A DNA stretch of 64,000 nt from positions 54,622,001-54,686,000 of the forward strand of contig CM060732.1 in NCBI GenBank assembly GCA_030704615.1. The letters are read 5' to 3'. Under the pieces are notes generated by a model, which did no database searches, was not told where the DNA came from, and saw nothing but the letters and a program-made list of their open reading frames with translations. Below are positions 13,801-27,330 of this stretch, piece by piece; the stretch's first letter is position 1, and every line of letters begins with the position of its first letter. Made by a program: the position numbers and the translations under genes. Source of the DNA: Takakia lepidozioides (Eukaryota > Plantae > Bryophyta).

Positions 13801-14114
13801 TCCTCGGGCCTTTAGGCATGACTTATTATTAGTTAGGGCAGATTGGGTTGCCCCATTGCTAGGTCCATGTCTTGGTCACTACCCCTCTTGGGGTAATGGT
13901 TCGCTTTTCACTGATTACGGTGTCTGTGTGTTCCGGGGTTTTAATTTTTTTCCCAAAATAATTCCAAAATCCTGACATGACACTCTATTTGTATCTTCTT
14001 GACACTCTTTCGGTATCTTCATGCTTTTTTATTCTGCTCCCGGAGGTTTTATGTAGTTAATATGCTCTAGTCGCAGGGGAGTTCCCCCAATCTAAACCTG
14101 CACGGCCTCCACGG

Positions 14115-14835
14115 GGCTCTCATTTTTGAATAATTGGAAATTTAAGGCGCACGCGCCAGGCAGCGGGCCCATGCACGGACGTCGGGCGCCCCCGCGACCA
14201 CCCGGAGGGTCCGGGTTTGCCTGCAGGTTGGGTCTGTTGGTAGGTCGGGTCTCCTCGCGGGTCTTGTGTCCAACTGAATGGTCTGCTCGTCGCGCCGTAG
14301 CCCGCCCACGGGACTTACAAATTCTTGCGGGAAAACTCGCCCATCAAAAATAAGATCATTAATGCATGTGCAACGCTAGCTGGAACCATCATTAATACAC
14401 ATTTGGCGCAACCAGATTTGAACTTCCATTCTCATAGGTACCACTCCATGCACCCAACCACCACACTACCCACTACTAAATGAAACCCCATCATTTTTTT
14501 TCTCTCTTAACCTAGAAAACAGCCGCAATCAGCCCCAACGCCGCCTAGGGTCAGAGCCTGCGGAGACCCACCCCAACTGAGACTCGCCTAGACTCAGGGC
14601 CTGTGGACCCTACCTAGCGGTAGACCATACCTACCCGGGCCGAGTCTGGCGGCAGACCATACCTAGGGTAGACCCATCCTCGCGGCAGACCCACCCGGGC
14701 GGGTCATGGGTCGCGGCGGGGCCACCCAAGGGCGCCCGTCGTCCCTGCATGGTGCGCCTAGCAGTCCGTGCATGGGGCCCGCTGCTAGGCGCACGTGTGA
14801 GCCTTAAACTCCCAATTATTCAACAATGAGAAGCC
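14115..14835. mobile_element. Non-autonomous TIR element (Mutator/hAT-like MITE), ~720 bp
   Basis: ~65-70-bp imperfect TIRs: GGCTCTCATTTTTGAATAATTGGAAATTTAAGGC...CCCATGCACGGAC versus the reverse complement of 14763-14835. Flanks CTCCACGG (14107-14114) and CTCCATGG (14836-14843) form an 8-bp TSD with one CpG transition. GC-rich AGACC/GGTCT subterminal repeats are present. Confidence 0.75.
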
Positions 14836-15558
14836 CTCCATGGTGGTTATTTTTGCCATCAGTGTGACTCTTTTTACTATTTAATTTGAGTAAAAGGGCC
14901 GCTGTCCCCTTTCCTTCAAAAACAAAATCCAAATAAAATCTCCACCGTGAGGGCCTCTGCCAACCCCAGTTTATAAGAACAAAAATGCTAATAGTTTAAT
15001 TTATTTTTATTTTTTATTTTTAGGTCTTTTCAAAGAACAGGGGGATTGACGGTAGCCCTGGGATCATAGTTTCCTACAGTGAGTAAATTTATAGTTTCAG
15101 AAGTATAATACAATTTTAAGGCGAAGGGGATCGCCAACGAGAACTCCTCGTTCGGATGCCAAACAGATGAGGATGAATATCATGCGTCATTCCTACAAGC
15201 TGAAACTGAGGTGTGCCACGTGGAACCACCTCGGACTGATGGATGGATGACCAACTTGGAAGTTTTGTAGATGATCGGTTGCTGTGGGTGGGATGATGAA
15301 TTCAAATAATCGCGCGCTCTTTCTGCTGCCTTGCAAGTTTGAGAGACAAGACAGAAATGTGGAGTGTGTGTGTGGGTGCAGCCTTGCTTGCTGTTTCTGA
15401 GCTGCTCGTCGATTCTCAAGGGAGCGAAGGGGAAGGAGAGAGAGAGATAGAGGGGTTGTACTACTGAATTCCTTGCAGAGAGAGGTCTAGGGTTGAGAGA
15501 TTGATGCAGAGAGAGGGGGGGAGGACCAATTGAGGGAGGTAAGGGTTAGAGAGCAAGT

Positions 15559-16569
15559 ATGGAGGAGGCGCAGGAGGAGGCATTTGTGGAGGAGGAGCAG
15601 CAGCATCATGGGCCTTACATGGTGGACCAGCTGCAGTCATGTGGGATAGCCGCAGCGGATATCAAGAAGCTGAAGGAGGCAGGGTACTGTACCGTGGAGG
15701 CAGTTGCGTACTCTGCGAAGAAGGACCTGGTGACGATCAAAGGCATCAGTGAGGCGAAGGTTGATAAGCTTACGGAAGCTGCGACGAAGCTGGTGCCCAT
15801 GGGCTTCACAAGTGCCAAACAGATGCATGAGCAGCGGGCAGAGATCATTCAAATTTCTACAGGATCCAAGGAACTCGACAAGATTCTTGAGGGGGGCGTT
15901 GAAACGGGATCCATCACTGAAATCTATGGGGAATATAGGACCGGAAAGAGCCAGTTGTGCCATACGATGTGTGTCACTTGCCAACTGCCTCTTGACCAGG
16001 GAGGTGGTGAAGGAAAAGCTCTGTACATTGATGCAGAAGGCACCTTCAGACCACAGAGGCTGATACAAATTGCGGAAAGGTATGGATTGAATGGAAGTGA
16101 TGTCCTGGACAATGTCGCATATGCTCGTGCCTACAACACGGATCATCAATCAAAGCTTCTGATGGAGGCAGCATCCATGATGGCGGACACGAGGTTTGCG
16201 TTGATGGTGATAGATAGTGCTACTGCTCTGTATCGCACTGATTACTCAGGCCGGGGTGAGTTGTCTGCCAGGCAAGTGCATCTTGGACGGTTTCTAAGAA
16301 GCCTCCAGAAACTGGCAGATGAATTTGGGGTGGCAGTTGTAGTGACAAATCAGGTGGTGGCACAAGTTGACGGAGGAGCAGTTTTTGCTGGTCCTCAGGT
16401 CAAGCCTATTGGCGGCAACATAATGGCTCATGCTTCAACGACCAGGTTGTCTTTACGGAAGGGGCGTGGCGAGGAGCGGATCTGCAAGGTGGTGTCCTCT
16501 CCCTGCCTGGCTGAGCAGGAGGCACGATTCCAAATCGCTCCTGAGGGTGTCACTGATGTGAAAGACTAG
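15559..16569 (+). CDS. RAD51: DNA recombinase RAD51, intronless
   Basis: 336-aa ORF with [10 protein letters not shown] (FxxA), Walker [16 protein letters not shown] Walker [16 protein letters not shown] and [13 protein letters not shown]. Confidence 0.97.
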   Translation: MEEAQEEAFVEEEQQHHGPYMVDQLQSCGIAAADIKKLKEAGYCTVEAVAYSAKKDLVTIKGISEAKVDKLTEAATKLVPMGFTSAKQMHEQRAEIIQISTGSKELDKILEGGVETGSITEIYGEYRTGKSQLCHTMCVTCQLPLDQGGGEGKALYIDAEGTFRPQRLIQIAERYGLNGSDVLDNVAYARAYNTDHQSKLLMEAASMMADTRFALMVIDSATALYRTDYSGRGELSARQVHLGRFLRSLQKLADEFGVAVVVTNQVVAQVDGGAVFAGPQVKPIGGNIMAHASTTRLSLRKGRGEERICKVVSSPCLAEQEARFQIAPEGVTDVKD

Positions 16570-17982
16570 GGTTAATCTCCTTGTTGCCACTCACACTTTA
16601 GGTATTGTGAAGCATTTCACCGAATGTGTATCTAACTTGAAACTGGAAATGTCACTCATGTGAAGCATTGGGGATGCTATTGGCGGCAATGCAGTCTGGG
16701 AGTAACCATGTCTCAAAGTGGCCTCCTTGCAGCACATTTTGTCAGACCTGAGTTCAGGACTGCCCACCATAGCCCTCGGGTACTATTAGAAGGAGCGCTA
16801 GGGTACCCTCGGATTCCCTTCAGTCTAATGTCCTGATAAATCACGCTGTGACCAGATGTCATAGCTGCTCATAGCTGTGGTGTACCTGTTGGCCCAACCT
16901 TCAGAACACCATTGATTTCAGGGGTCTTGTTGCATAGTTATTTTTCTCAATTAAAATCTGCATTTGTAGTTGGACAATTGCCTAACAGGCTACTGTTTAC
17001 ATGAAGCTGGGATTCATGCCTTCTCACACAGGTAGATGTCTAGTATGAAGAGGGCCAACTGGTGGTCTGGTTTGCAGGGTTGGCTTGCATGTCTGTCATA
17101 AGCTTCCTGTTGTTTTGTTGATGAGAGCAATGCAATCAGTACAGACTGCAAAGACGTGTTGTAATGCGCTGATGAGTGAGCTGTTCCACACAACCTGGGA
17201 TATTTCTAGGGTGCATCAGATGAAATGGTTTCTCTAGATTTGATCGAATCTTGGGATAGAATGTATGTCAGCCAACAAGTGAAACGCATGCATGGTGTTG
17301 TGACAAATGAACCTTCGGCTTCACTAGCAAACAAATGGCATGGACACCATGAAGGATTGCATTATGGGTGCTCCACACAAAACTTGCAAGAAATGTGGGT
17401 GTAAGAACTGGTTTGGTGGTTATAGATGCAATGATCATGATTCTTCAGATTTTTCACAAGAGCTTAGAAAGAAATTGCTGTGTCCACTAGGGCCCATAGA
17501 AAACCACAAGCATGGCAATCAAGCCCCTGAGACATTAGGTCTCTTTCTTGAATCCCAATATGATTGAGTACCATTGAAAGTTCCACACAAAGCAAAAGGT
17601 TCTGCCTTCATGGAGCAGGTGCCTCTGCATCTCTATTTGAGAGTTAAATCTCAAACATCTCAAATTTTTTTGAATGTTCGAGTTATTCAATGCTACAGAT
17701 CAGCAATGTTATCTCTCTACCTCTGTGGAATTCTCACCTCTTCAGGAAGGGTATCCCAACAAACAGACAGACTCATGTTCTCTCAAGTTGTTTCCAATGG
17801 ATCTTGATCTATTTTTTATTCTACACTAGGTCTGGAAGGAGGTTGCAACTGTGGTAAGTTTGGAGAACAGAATGCTCCCTAGAATGAAGAAGCAATCTCA
17901 CATCTAGATCCAGATCAGGTACAACACCTTCATAGACTTCAGAGGTCTCTCTAACCATGTACAGCTCCATGCAAAGGAATGT

Positions 17983-18981
17983 TCAAGGCCAGGCATGGGT
18001 ATAAAATCCTCTAGCTCGCAGTTCAGCAAACAGGTGGGTGGCATCCTCAAGTGTGCGATTAAACTTGTTCCAACCGAAAACAGTCATTCTGGGGTGGTGG
18101 TAGTGGATCTCCACAAACAACTCATCAATAATATCTGCCATGGTAGGGTCTTGGATCCACCTCTCGAGAATTGGCCATTCAAATCCCTCTATGTCCATCT
18201 TCACCACAACGGTGTCAGCTGCCGTAAGCTTCAATTCCTGTTTGATGAAGCGCGTTATGTTGATGGTCGTGGTAGCCATGTCATCGAAGTCGGAGACACG
18301 GCTGTAGTAAATCTTTATGACATCAAGCATACCCTGTGGAACACTTGCTTGCTCTTTCACTCGGGTTGGGTCTTCATCCTCAAAACTCCAGTTCATGTCT
18401 TCCTGAAGTCCGGCATTCGGTATTCTCAGCAAAGATTTATCCATTTCAAATGCGTGGACCTCCGTGAAGTCGCAGGGATACATTCTCTGAAACCATTGTA
18501 TGCTTGTTTGAAAAGCATTTGCTCCGAGATCCAAGTAAACGCGACGATTTCTTTTATTAAGATTGATCTTGCTCCCTAGGAGCCATGGCAGAAGATGAGT
18601 TCTGTCTTCATAGTCCGTAGCAAACCTAAGGCTGTAACCTCTTCGAAAGTTGTTGAAAGAATCCAGGCTCTCAATCAGTTGCCCCTTCACTCTACACAAG
18701 GCCGGCTGCCCAATCCACTTCATCTGATTCCACGCACTCCAAGTCATTTCTGGTGACTGCAAAGCTGCATCCGGAAGGTGTCCCTCCACAGAGGTACAGA
18801 TGAAAACATTCTCTTCTGACCCAGGCATGCTGTGTAACTTTGCCCGAGGCCACTTAGAGCCGAAGAAATTTGAGGATGTATCCAAACCAATGTAGCTGGC
18901 GAGAATGAAAATAATGAAGTACAGTAGCCAATGAGGTGTTTCACGGGCGGCGAGAATCGTGCGGAGGGTCGTAATTGCCAT
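17983..18981 (-). CDS. Membrane-anchored FkbM-family (Methyltransf_21-like) SAM-dependent methyltransferase, intronless CDS
   Basis: N-terminal TM (WLLYFIIFILASYIGL), VYLDLGAN, EVHAFE, VVVKMDIEGFEW and IDELFVEIH motifs. The first ATG is at 18981. Confidence 0.75.
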   Translation of the reverse strand: MAITTLRTILAARETPHWLLYFIIFILASYIGLDTSSNFFGSKWPRAKLHSMPGSEENVFICTSVEGHLPDAALQSPEMTWSAWNQMKWIGQPALCRVKGQLIESLDSFNNFRRGYSLRFATDYEDRTHLLPWLLGSKINLNKRNRRVYLDLGANAFQTSIQWFQRMYPCDFTEVHAFEMDKSLLRIPNAGLQEDMNWSFEDEDPTRVKEQASVPQGMLDVIKIYYSRVSDFDDMATTTINITRFIKQELKLTAADTVVVKMDIEGFEWPILERWIQDPTMADIIDELFVEIHYHHPRMTVFGWNKFNRTLEDATHLFAELRARGFYTHAWP

Positions 18982-19970
18982 CGCAGCGCACACCAATGTA
19001 GTTACTCTAAGGTTGAATGAATCCCAATCCTCCAGGACACGATTCCTCCTTGATTTCTCTTTGCTTCATAGTAATTATGGCTGTCCCATATGCAGCTGCC
19101 TTAGATCCACATGTCTAAGCAGCTCTTTCCTCCCGCTCAATCGACCATACAGGATTGTCTTGCAACTGCGGCCCAGGAGAACTTCGATATGTACTTTTGC
19201 AAGTCCATAATAAGCACATCACATGGCACATAGAGTACTTCGACTCCACTGCTACGCTCACTTCTCCACTCAGAACCCGTTGAAACATACCTAACCCTTA
19301 AGATCAATAGTCACGTCAACTGAAGATTGATAGACCAGTAGTGGGCAGAACTCGGATTTTTCATGATTAGCGCCGATGTGCAGTAACATAATTTGATGGA
19401 TACATGTGCTCCTCAGCACCCCGGTACTTGAAACTATGTCCCACTTGTAGGAAGCCATCTCTGAAGGCAGTTGAACCTGCTCCAGCCTAAATCGTCGCTC
19501 TTGAGGAACACTGCTTGCAGTCACGTTGCGTGCGAAGATGAAAGCGAAGAGACAGAAACGTGCGAGAAAATGCAGACGTAGCAAAGAAGGAGAGAGACAA
19601 CCTAACTGACCTGGATGGATGCACACATCTCACGTGGATGGATGAATCTTAAATGTCGTGCCTTGTTTTACCATTCAAGTGCGGCTCATACTGGATGAAC
19701 TGGATGAACGCTTACTCATCCAGGTGATGGTACCTCTGAAGCTTAGGTCATGGTCAAGAGATGAACGACTGTGCGTCTCTCTGTGTGTGCACGTGTGGTT
19801 GACTGGCTGCAATCTGTCCAAATGGATGTAGATGTATGATGGATGGAATCACCTTACTTGAGTTGGATGGATGAAGATGACGTGTCTGACGCGCCGTTCT
19901 GGAGAGAGGGACGTGTCGCTGCACGCGCATTTTGCCGCGTGATAGTGGATGAGGGCTACGAAAACTCAGA

Positions 19971-22900
19971 TGAAAGCTCGTTGTCATCCGTTGATTAGGT
20001 TACGATATAAGCCTTGTGCGTGCAGTCAGCAGGGAGTGGTGAACAGAAGAAGAGCGTCGTTGGGGGTGACGGTATGGTACTTATTAATGTGATGCTTCTG
20101 ACGCTGGTGTCTCACTAGAGTGCTTGGCTTGGCATGCCAGGCTTGTGGTTTGGATTTTTTGATTGTGTTCACAGATGTCCTTGTCTGCTTGTTTTCTGTA
20201 TTCACTTTGCCTGTTTTCTGTCTGTTTTGATTCCTTGTTGCGTTTTAGTGTCATTTTTCATCTTCAGCTGTGTTGGATGTCCCGAGTTTACCATTTCGCC
20301 ACTGCGGATGAGGCTTTGTGCCTTGACACATTCTTGAGTGAGCCCAGCATCCGTCTGCGTGTCTCACTCGCATTGTGTTAACTGCACTGATTAGGATAGA
20401 TTCCTTTCATGAGGTTTCTTGAAGCATTTTTGCCAATCTCCTTAGAAGGTGCTTTCGATGTGGTTCAAATTTCTCCATCATGTTAAAGCAGTTCAATGGT
20501 TCTGTTGGTGTCCCTTGAGCCCCCCTGAGTCCTATGGACGAAATGAATCTCTTTCTTTATCTTTTCATTCTCCCTCTTTTTGCTTTCTAAGACCCAGTTT
20601 CCTGCAAGTGGATTTTAATGGCTGTAAGCAAGGCCGAGTCTCATATATTGTGCTCAGGTCAAACTTCACAAAAGTGTCCTCAAGATTCTAGCATTCTGTA
20701 TACCTCTAAGGGTGCTTCAAAACCAATGTTCGGCAGTCAATGAGTACATCCTCTGTATGTCCGGCTTTCCCATTTTTTGGAATCTGTTTTGTAACCCCTC
20801 AGGAGTTGATTCTTTGCAGAAGCTGGATGAGTGGAGGAAGGAGATTGAATGTTGTGACTTGTGACCTCCTTTTCTTTAGTGGCAACATGCCGTTTGGAAC
20901 GAGGTCTAGTCCTTAAACACTGTAGCTTGATAGGAATGTGCCTAAGTTACTAAAATTTGCAGTCGGCGAGTGGCATCAATTGACAGACATCTCAAAGACA
21001 GTCCAAGATTGCGAGGGTCATGGTCCCTAGATATGGATGGCACCCCCCGATCCGTAGGCACCTGGATCACTCAAAATCTCTAGTGGGTGGGGCATGTTTG
21101 AAAATGCCCTTTCTGCAGACCGCACCTGAAGGGTAGGTGCAAGGATCTCATTATCCACATGTAACTCCGGAAGCTGTACTGCGTACATCCCACTTCCTTC
21201 TGGTAGCAAAGGGTGGGCAGGGGCCTGGCTGTCTTCAGGTTGTAGGATGATCATTTGGCCCATTGGGGCATACAGCAGTCTCTGCTCATGCACACAGCAA
21301 ATCCAGAGTTTCTATGTCAGAACAAAAAGGACCATAATTACTAAAGATATGTCTTCATGCTCAACCCACATCCAGATACGTGAAAGGCTCACAAGCACAT
21401 GCAAGACATATAGGCACACCAAGAGCTATCTGAGTACCTGGTGCAGAAGGTAGGAATGTTTGCGGAAGGTTCCATTGACTCGCTTCAGAACCTCAGCAAA
21501 TGTGGTGTGGTCTGGATAGTCAGAGGAAAATGTGCGGCGAACGAGATCACGGTGCATTACAACCGACTGAATATGGCAAGGCACAGTCCCAGCTGTCTCA
21601 GCAGATGGTCACCCTCACACATTATAGAAGGTGCGCCAAATGTATAAACTGGTAATAATGCGGACGATGGAACTGCACCTCGAAATCGAAGCATGAGACA
21701 GAGAAGTACGGCGATACTGCCACCCTCTTTCTCCATTGGTAAGCTGTCAGTGTACTTAAGATGGGGAGAGATACTGTTCCCTCTACCAAAGCTAATCTGG
21801 GATCGCTCATTGAAGGACTCAGAAGTGAAAGGTGGAAGAAAGTGGGTGAATTGTTGCAACTTGAGGCCAACGATGGCAGGGCAGGGTTGCAGAAAGCCCT
21901 GAAGGTATGTGTGTATGTGTTTCCTTTTCCTGGGATGCAGACAAGGAAAAGGAAACACGCAAACACATACACACATACCCTCAGGGCTTTCTGAGAAGAC
22001 GTGCATGGGAATCAGACACTTGGTGAAGTGGAGTGTGAATTCTTTACATATGATAATGTCATTTGAGCTGCCACACACCCCAACATCTATTTTATTAGGT
22101 GCTTCTGCCATGTTGAGCCCCCTACCTCTTCTTCAGCCTGACCTGAAGGCCATGGTCTACACCTTGGGTACTTCCAACAGGCCTCAAGGGACTTACAAAA
22201 TGCAGGAGAATCTCATGGTGTAACTATGGATGAGATCTTCAAGTTGTGATATGCTTATGCACCGTCCGTATATGTGCAATCAATTGGTTAGGGCCTGTTT
22301 GTGTCACACTTGATCCCTTTGTCTCTCCAGGGAGTGTATTGGCAGTTGTTCTATACAAGTCTCAAATGCAAAACTTTCTACTCCATAGACTCTTCCTGCT
22401 TGTATTCCACTCACTGTTGAGTAGAGGGACCCCAGAAATTAGGAAAAGCTGCCGTGTGATGCCTTCTATACCGATGCTGTTGCAATTACACAAGTTCCAC
22501 CAATCAAATCCTTCACTTGGGATTTGGTGTCAAATCCACATTATGAAAGGAAATTTGTGGCGAGATGGAAGAAACTTTTCGAGGGAAGCCCCCATCTCTC
22601 ATTTTCATGTATGCTACACTTCAAGTGAAATGAAGAGCATCTGGATTGGGTAGCGCATCATACAGTGAAATTCATGTAGCCTAATCTTAATTTGATCTTC
22701 AGCCTAGTACCAAGCTTGGGAAGCCTTTAGAGGTTTTGGAGAGAAGACATTGATTATTTCCACTGGAGTACCAAAGGGGGAGCAGGAGAGGAGAGGGGGA
22801 GAAAAAAATGAAATGAAAGAAACTTTCCAATGTACGTGGAAGGCAGGATACAAGAAAGAGAGTGGGGGCCCTATGTGGTTAGGGGGGGCGGGATGTGAGA

Positions 22901-23732
22901 AGGACAAGGGAAGAGAACAGACCTGATGGGCAGGAACAGCATCAGGATCCAAGAGATCCTGTGATTCAGTTACTATAGCTAGTGTTTGGCTGGTGTCATG
23001 CAGCTGCTGCCATGCATGTGCCACAGCCCTGGGCACCTTGACCAACCACAGAGCAGATTCTGCCCTATCTAACTCCAGGGATGATGGCCCTACTCCCAGC
23101 CTTTCCTCGTCACCCCCACTTACTAGTTAGGACTTCCTCTACGGAACGCCCCAACTGATGAGTAACTTGCACAATTACGCACAGGGCTACCCACCTTCAT
23201 TTTGTAGGCCAGTTTCTGTAGGAGCGTGTTGTCACCTTGGTGGGTGAATGTCACGAAGATCTCCAGAGAGCAGAAATCAGCGGGGACACATTCAAAACCT
23301 ACTTTTAACCCGTCACATGAAAGCTGTCCTTGTACCTTCCTAGATGCTCTAATCGAAAAGGAGCTGGTGATGGGAGTGATGGTTGCCTGTGATTAGTGAT
23401 ACTGCAACTACATGAGGCTGAGGCTTACTGCTCAAAGAGCATGTGAAAGCGCGGCGCTATCCGTTGATTAGGCAACACTAAGCATGTTGTGTGACAGAGA
23501 GGGCGATGCGAGGAAGAGCGTCGCTGTGGGCGAGGGTATGGTGGAGTGATGCTTCTACAGTGCTTGGCTTGGCACGTCGAGCTTGTGGTTTGGATCTTTT
23601 GATTGCATTTGCAGATGCCATTGTCTTCTATTTTTTTCAGCTTTGACTTTGGCCGTGTCCTGTCTGTTTGATTCCTTGTTGCGGTTTAGGTGTCATTTTC
23701 ACCTTTGAACAGCTTTGTTAGATATCCGGAGT
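19971..23732 (+). repeat. Diverged ~300-bp direct duplication (19971-20287 and 23444-23732)
   Basis: Shared blocks in the same order: ATCCGTTGATTAGG, GAAGAGCGTCG, GGTATGGT, AGTGCTTGGCTTGGCA, GCTTGTGGTTTGGAT, TGATTCCTTGTTGCG. Confidence 0.8.
20990..21880 (-). pseudogene. Frameshifted PLIP-like (class-3 lipase, phospholipase A1) pseudogene
   Basis: Fragments [12 protein letters not shown]...[14 protein letters not shown], then by frameshift [21 protein letters not shown]...VNGTFRKH, then after an intron LLYAPMGQMIILQP...HPLEILSDPGAYGSGGAI, then by frameshift SRDHDP. The GHSLG nucleophile motif is missing. Confidence 0.75.
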
Positions 23733-23799
23733 CTGGATGGATATCCTTCGGAGCTTACTATGCAACAATTTGCAGGAATAGGACCCATCACTCAATCAA

Positions 23800-26700
23800 T
23801 AGAAACCTCAAATATGTAATTAATCACGATTAATCTCGCAATCTGTTTGTTGGTAGCTAGCACACGAAATCTTCCTTGTCTGCACCTTACATCAAGAGAA
23901 TCTGGTTTCACGACTCGTGCGATTTTTGTTGGCTGCCTTCTTGAAAGCCACGTTGTTGCAATGCCTGCAATGAGCAACTTTTGGTGATGATTCGTAGTCG
24001 TTCAAAAGACAGTGAGGAATGCTACATTCTGTGCAGCCATGCGTATTGATTTGAAGCACGCCGAGAGAAACACTGCAACAAAATTTGGGAGATCATGAAG
24101 AGTCCATTTAACAGCTAAACTAGTCTCTACACCAAGCATGTGGTTTCAATAGATCTGAGATCAACTCTGATCTTAGGTACCAAATACCTTGTAGAGTACA
24201 GTGACAGAGATTACTTGCATTGGATATAAGAATGTAGTGACATACTCAGTTTATTGTGTGACCAGTTCAATCGCTAGTCCATTGTCAACCAAACAAACAC
24301 CAGGGGATACTCGTCGGAACACATTTGGGTTCACCAAAACTGCAGAGGAGAACATCCAATAGCGTGCGCACAAGAATGTTACTGTAGAGAATTTGTAACC
24401 GGACAGACATTAATAATCTGCACACTGAATTAGGGTGATACACCCTGCAAGGAGATTTTCATATCTTTCACTGCAATCCAGCCGAATTTCCCTCGGATTA
24501 ACACTCAAAGTGGATCTAGACGGTTGCAGGTCCTGGTCAGCTTATTCTGTAGATAGACAGCGCAAATGTCGAAAGCGAGGTCTCCGGGGGATCAGTTAGG
24601 GTAGATTAGCTTAGCACCCTCCTCCTCGCCTCATCCTAATTTGTAGCACCTTCGTAAAGTGAACTGCGATCATCCTAATTATCACATAGACAAACGTGAA
24701 AACATCTGCAGCTGAGCACTGTGCTAACTCCGAGCTCAGATGAGATCGAGTCTTTTCACCGCCCTTTCAAGATAAAAGGGCTCGAATGGACACGGATCAT
24801 AAAAGCTTTCATCATTACCCGTAAACAAGTCTACCAGAGGCCCTCGAATGTCTAACGATGATCTGTCGAACTGATCTTGAATTCGCTTCGTACTTGGAGT
24901 ATCTGAATGCTCGAAAACATGTGCTATCAAAGATCTGTAGACGACAGAACTGCTCAGAATTTGTATTTCTCATCAGTTCCTTTATGAACTTGCAGGACTA
25001 AGCTGTGAACAGCAATTGAAGCGAGTTCGTCATTGCAGCTTTAAGCACTGCTTGATCGAAGAGAAGGTGAGGCTCAATACAAAGCATGTAAGGGATTCAG
25101 CGATCGAGAATAGGACATACCTGTACATGTATACAGACACTATTTGAATTCATGAAGAATTATTTAATGGCCTAGGTACCCCACGACCAGACAAGGACCC
25201 TGCAGGCGCGCATCATAATCTGATTACTAAGGTCAATGAGCACTATACTGGCTGTTCAACAATCTTGCAGTTCTTACCCTTGCAGCTTACAGAATCCAAG
25301 CAAATGGAACTAGAATGTACATCGATCATGTACTTGTGTCTGTTCAAGCTCTAGACATTCTGCATATTGTCATTGAATTGCTAACATTTGAGCACGGCAG
25401 ACTAATTTACTGCATAGCCCTGGGGCAGATTTTTCACTTCAGGAAGCCACTATGATCACTATGTAGCTGCATGACTCGGACTGTATGAATTCATGCATAT
25501 ACGATCCTTGAAAGTGCTGTCGGAGTCTGGCCGAGATACTTGAGTCAAGTTCAGCCAACATGGTCGAGAACAAGGTACTTCTAGAAGACTTGTGGATTCA
25601 TCTGAGTTGTTGTATGTACATACATTGAATCAATTCATGAGATCAGCACATGGGGATCCAGATGTGACAGAGATGGTTCACACATTCGGAACACAATCTA
25701 GTCTATTTCATCTGGACCTACAGGTACTTTTAAGAACTTGAAATAAAGAAGTCCTAGGCCGACAGAGAATGAGGAGACCATTTGCTGGAAGCGTATTTAT
25801 TTGCGGAGCTCGCTCAGAGAAGTTGAACTCGACATTTGTAACTATCAGTACTTGAGAACGACGCTCGCGATGCCCGGCCGTTGCTCAAGCTAAAGCGCTC
25901 TGCATGGCGTGCGTTACGGACAGCTGCAACGAAGTCATCACACCTCGGATAGATCTGACGTTTCACCTTATTTCAAGAATAACTCCAGACTTTGACAGAC
26001 TATGTACACGCTGATACAAACCAAAACAAAACTTGCGAAAATTGATGCGACAGCACTTTGTCATACAACTGAGAACCGCAAAGCTCACCCTGCTTAAAAG
26101 CAGTTCGAGGTAAGAGAAATCTGACCGCGGGGGAGGCCACCATGGCCCACCATGTACATTTGCTTAAGCTGTAAAACCGAAGACAGACAGCAGAATCACT
26201 ATTTAATGGCCAGGCTCCATTATATGACAAGATGTGGTTCAAAGAAGGGTTTGACACAGGCCAATGGTGCAGCAAAACATTGACAGGGACACGAACGTTA
26301 TGCAACGGTTCAGGACTGCTTTTGGGAGCGGTACGACAGAAGGAAGCAGAAGAACGTCATTCCATGAGAGAACCTGGGGAGGTTTCATCAGACACTTCAG
26401 AGTCGCTCCATGGAACCTGGAGGATCAACCTCGGATCCAGTCGCCATCTTCACCTGCACAACCACCGAGCGTGGACTGCGAGTTAATCCCAACTGTCGTA
26501 CTTTTGTATACATTAGCCTAGATCCTGGGGACCCACAACAATGCAGAGTATTATGCATTGATCAGGCTCGAATTATCCCATATCGATTGCCCATTTTCAG
26601 AACCCCGTGGAGGATATAAACCGGGGTGAGCTTCGAGGAAATGGCGGGTGGGGTGATGAGCGACTCGTTGAATTTTGGATAGTATTACATTCTGATACCC

Positions 26701-27330
26701 TCGTTCTCCATAGCTGCCTGGAATCTAAGCAAATAAGCACTCAGTCACATGAGGCTCCACCCATTGACTCTAACCCAACCCCAACCAGATTGGTCACACA
26801 TCTCCATGAGTGACATGCTCGGAGACATAGTTACTTGCGAGCAACTACCTTGCAGTCTGACAAGCAATGTTGAGAACCTCAGGCCCAGTACAACACTTCT
26901 GCTGGCAGCCGGGTACCCACACATGGAGGTACAAAAAAGTTCAAGTCCGGGAAGTAACATTGTACTAGGTAGTGCCCTGGAATAAGGCCACTACGAGCTG
27001 TAAGAGATCCCAGTTTCCCATACCACGAGCAAGTTTAAGCAGAACATGATGAAGCACGTTGAACCACATCGAAAGCACCTGCTAAGGAGATTGGCAAAAA
27101 TGCTTCAAGAAACCTCATGAAAAGAATCTATCCTAATCAGTGCAGTTAACACAATGCCTGTGAGACACCACGACAGATCCTGGGCTCATTCAAGAAAGTG
27201 TCAAGGCACAAAGCCGAATCTGCTGTGGCAAAATGGCACAAAGATAACATCGACACTGGGGACGTCCGACACAGCTGAAGATGAAAAATGACACTAAAAA
27301 CGCAACAGGGAATTCAAAAAAAAATTAATG
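23800..27330 (+). mobile_element. Very old, heavily decayed L1-like LINE (endonuclease to zf-RVT remnants)
   Basis: Scattered remnants in LINE order (CLLESHV ~23934, GDF ~24451, RGCP-like ~25867, LWQxW-like ~27224), no long ORF, and an A-run at ~27316. Boundaries are approximate. Confidence 0.35.
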
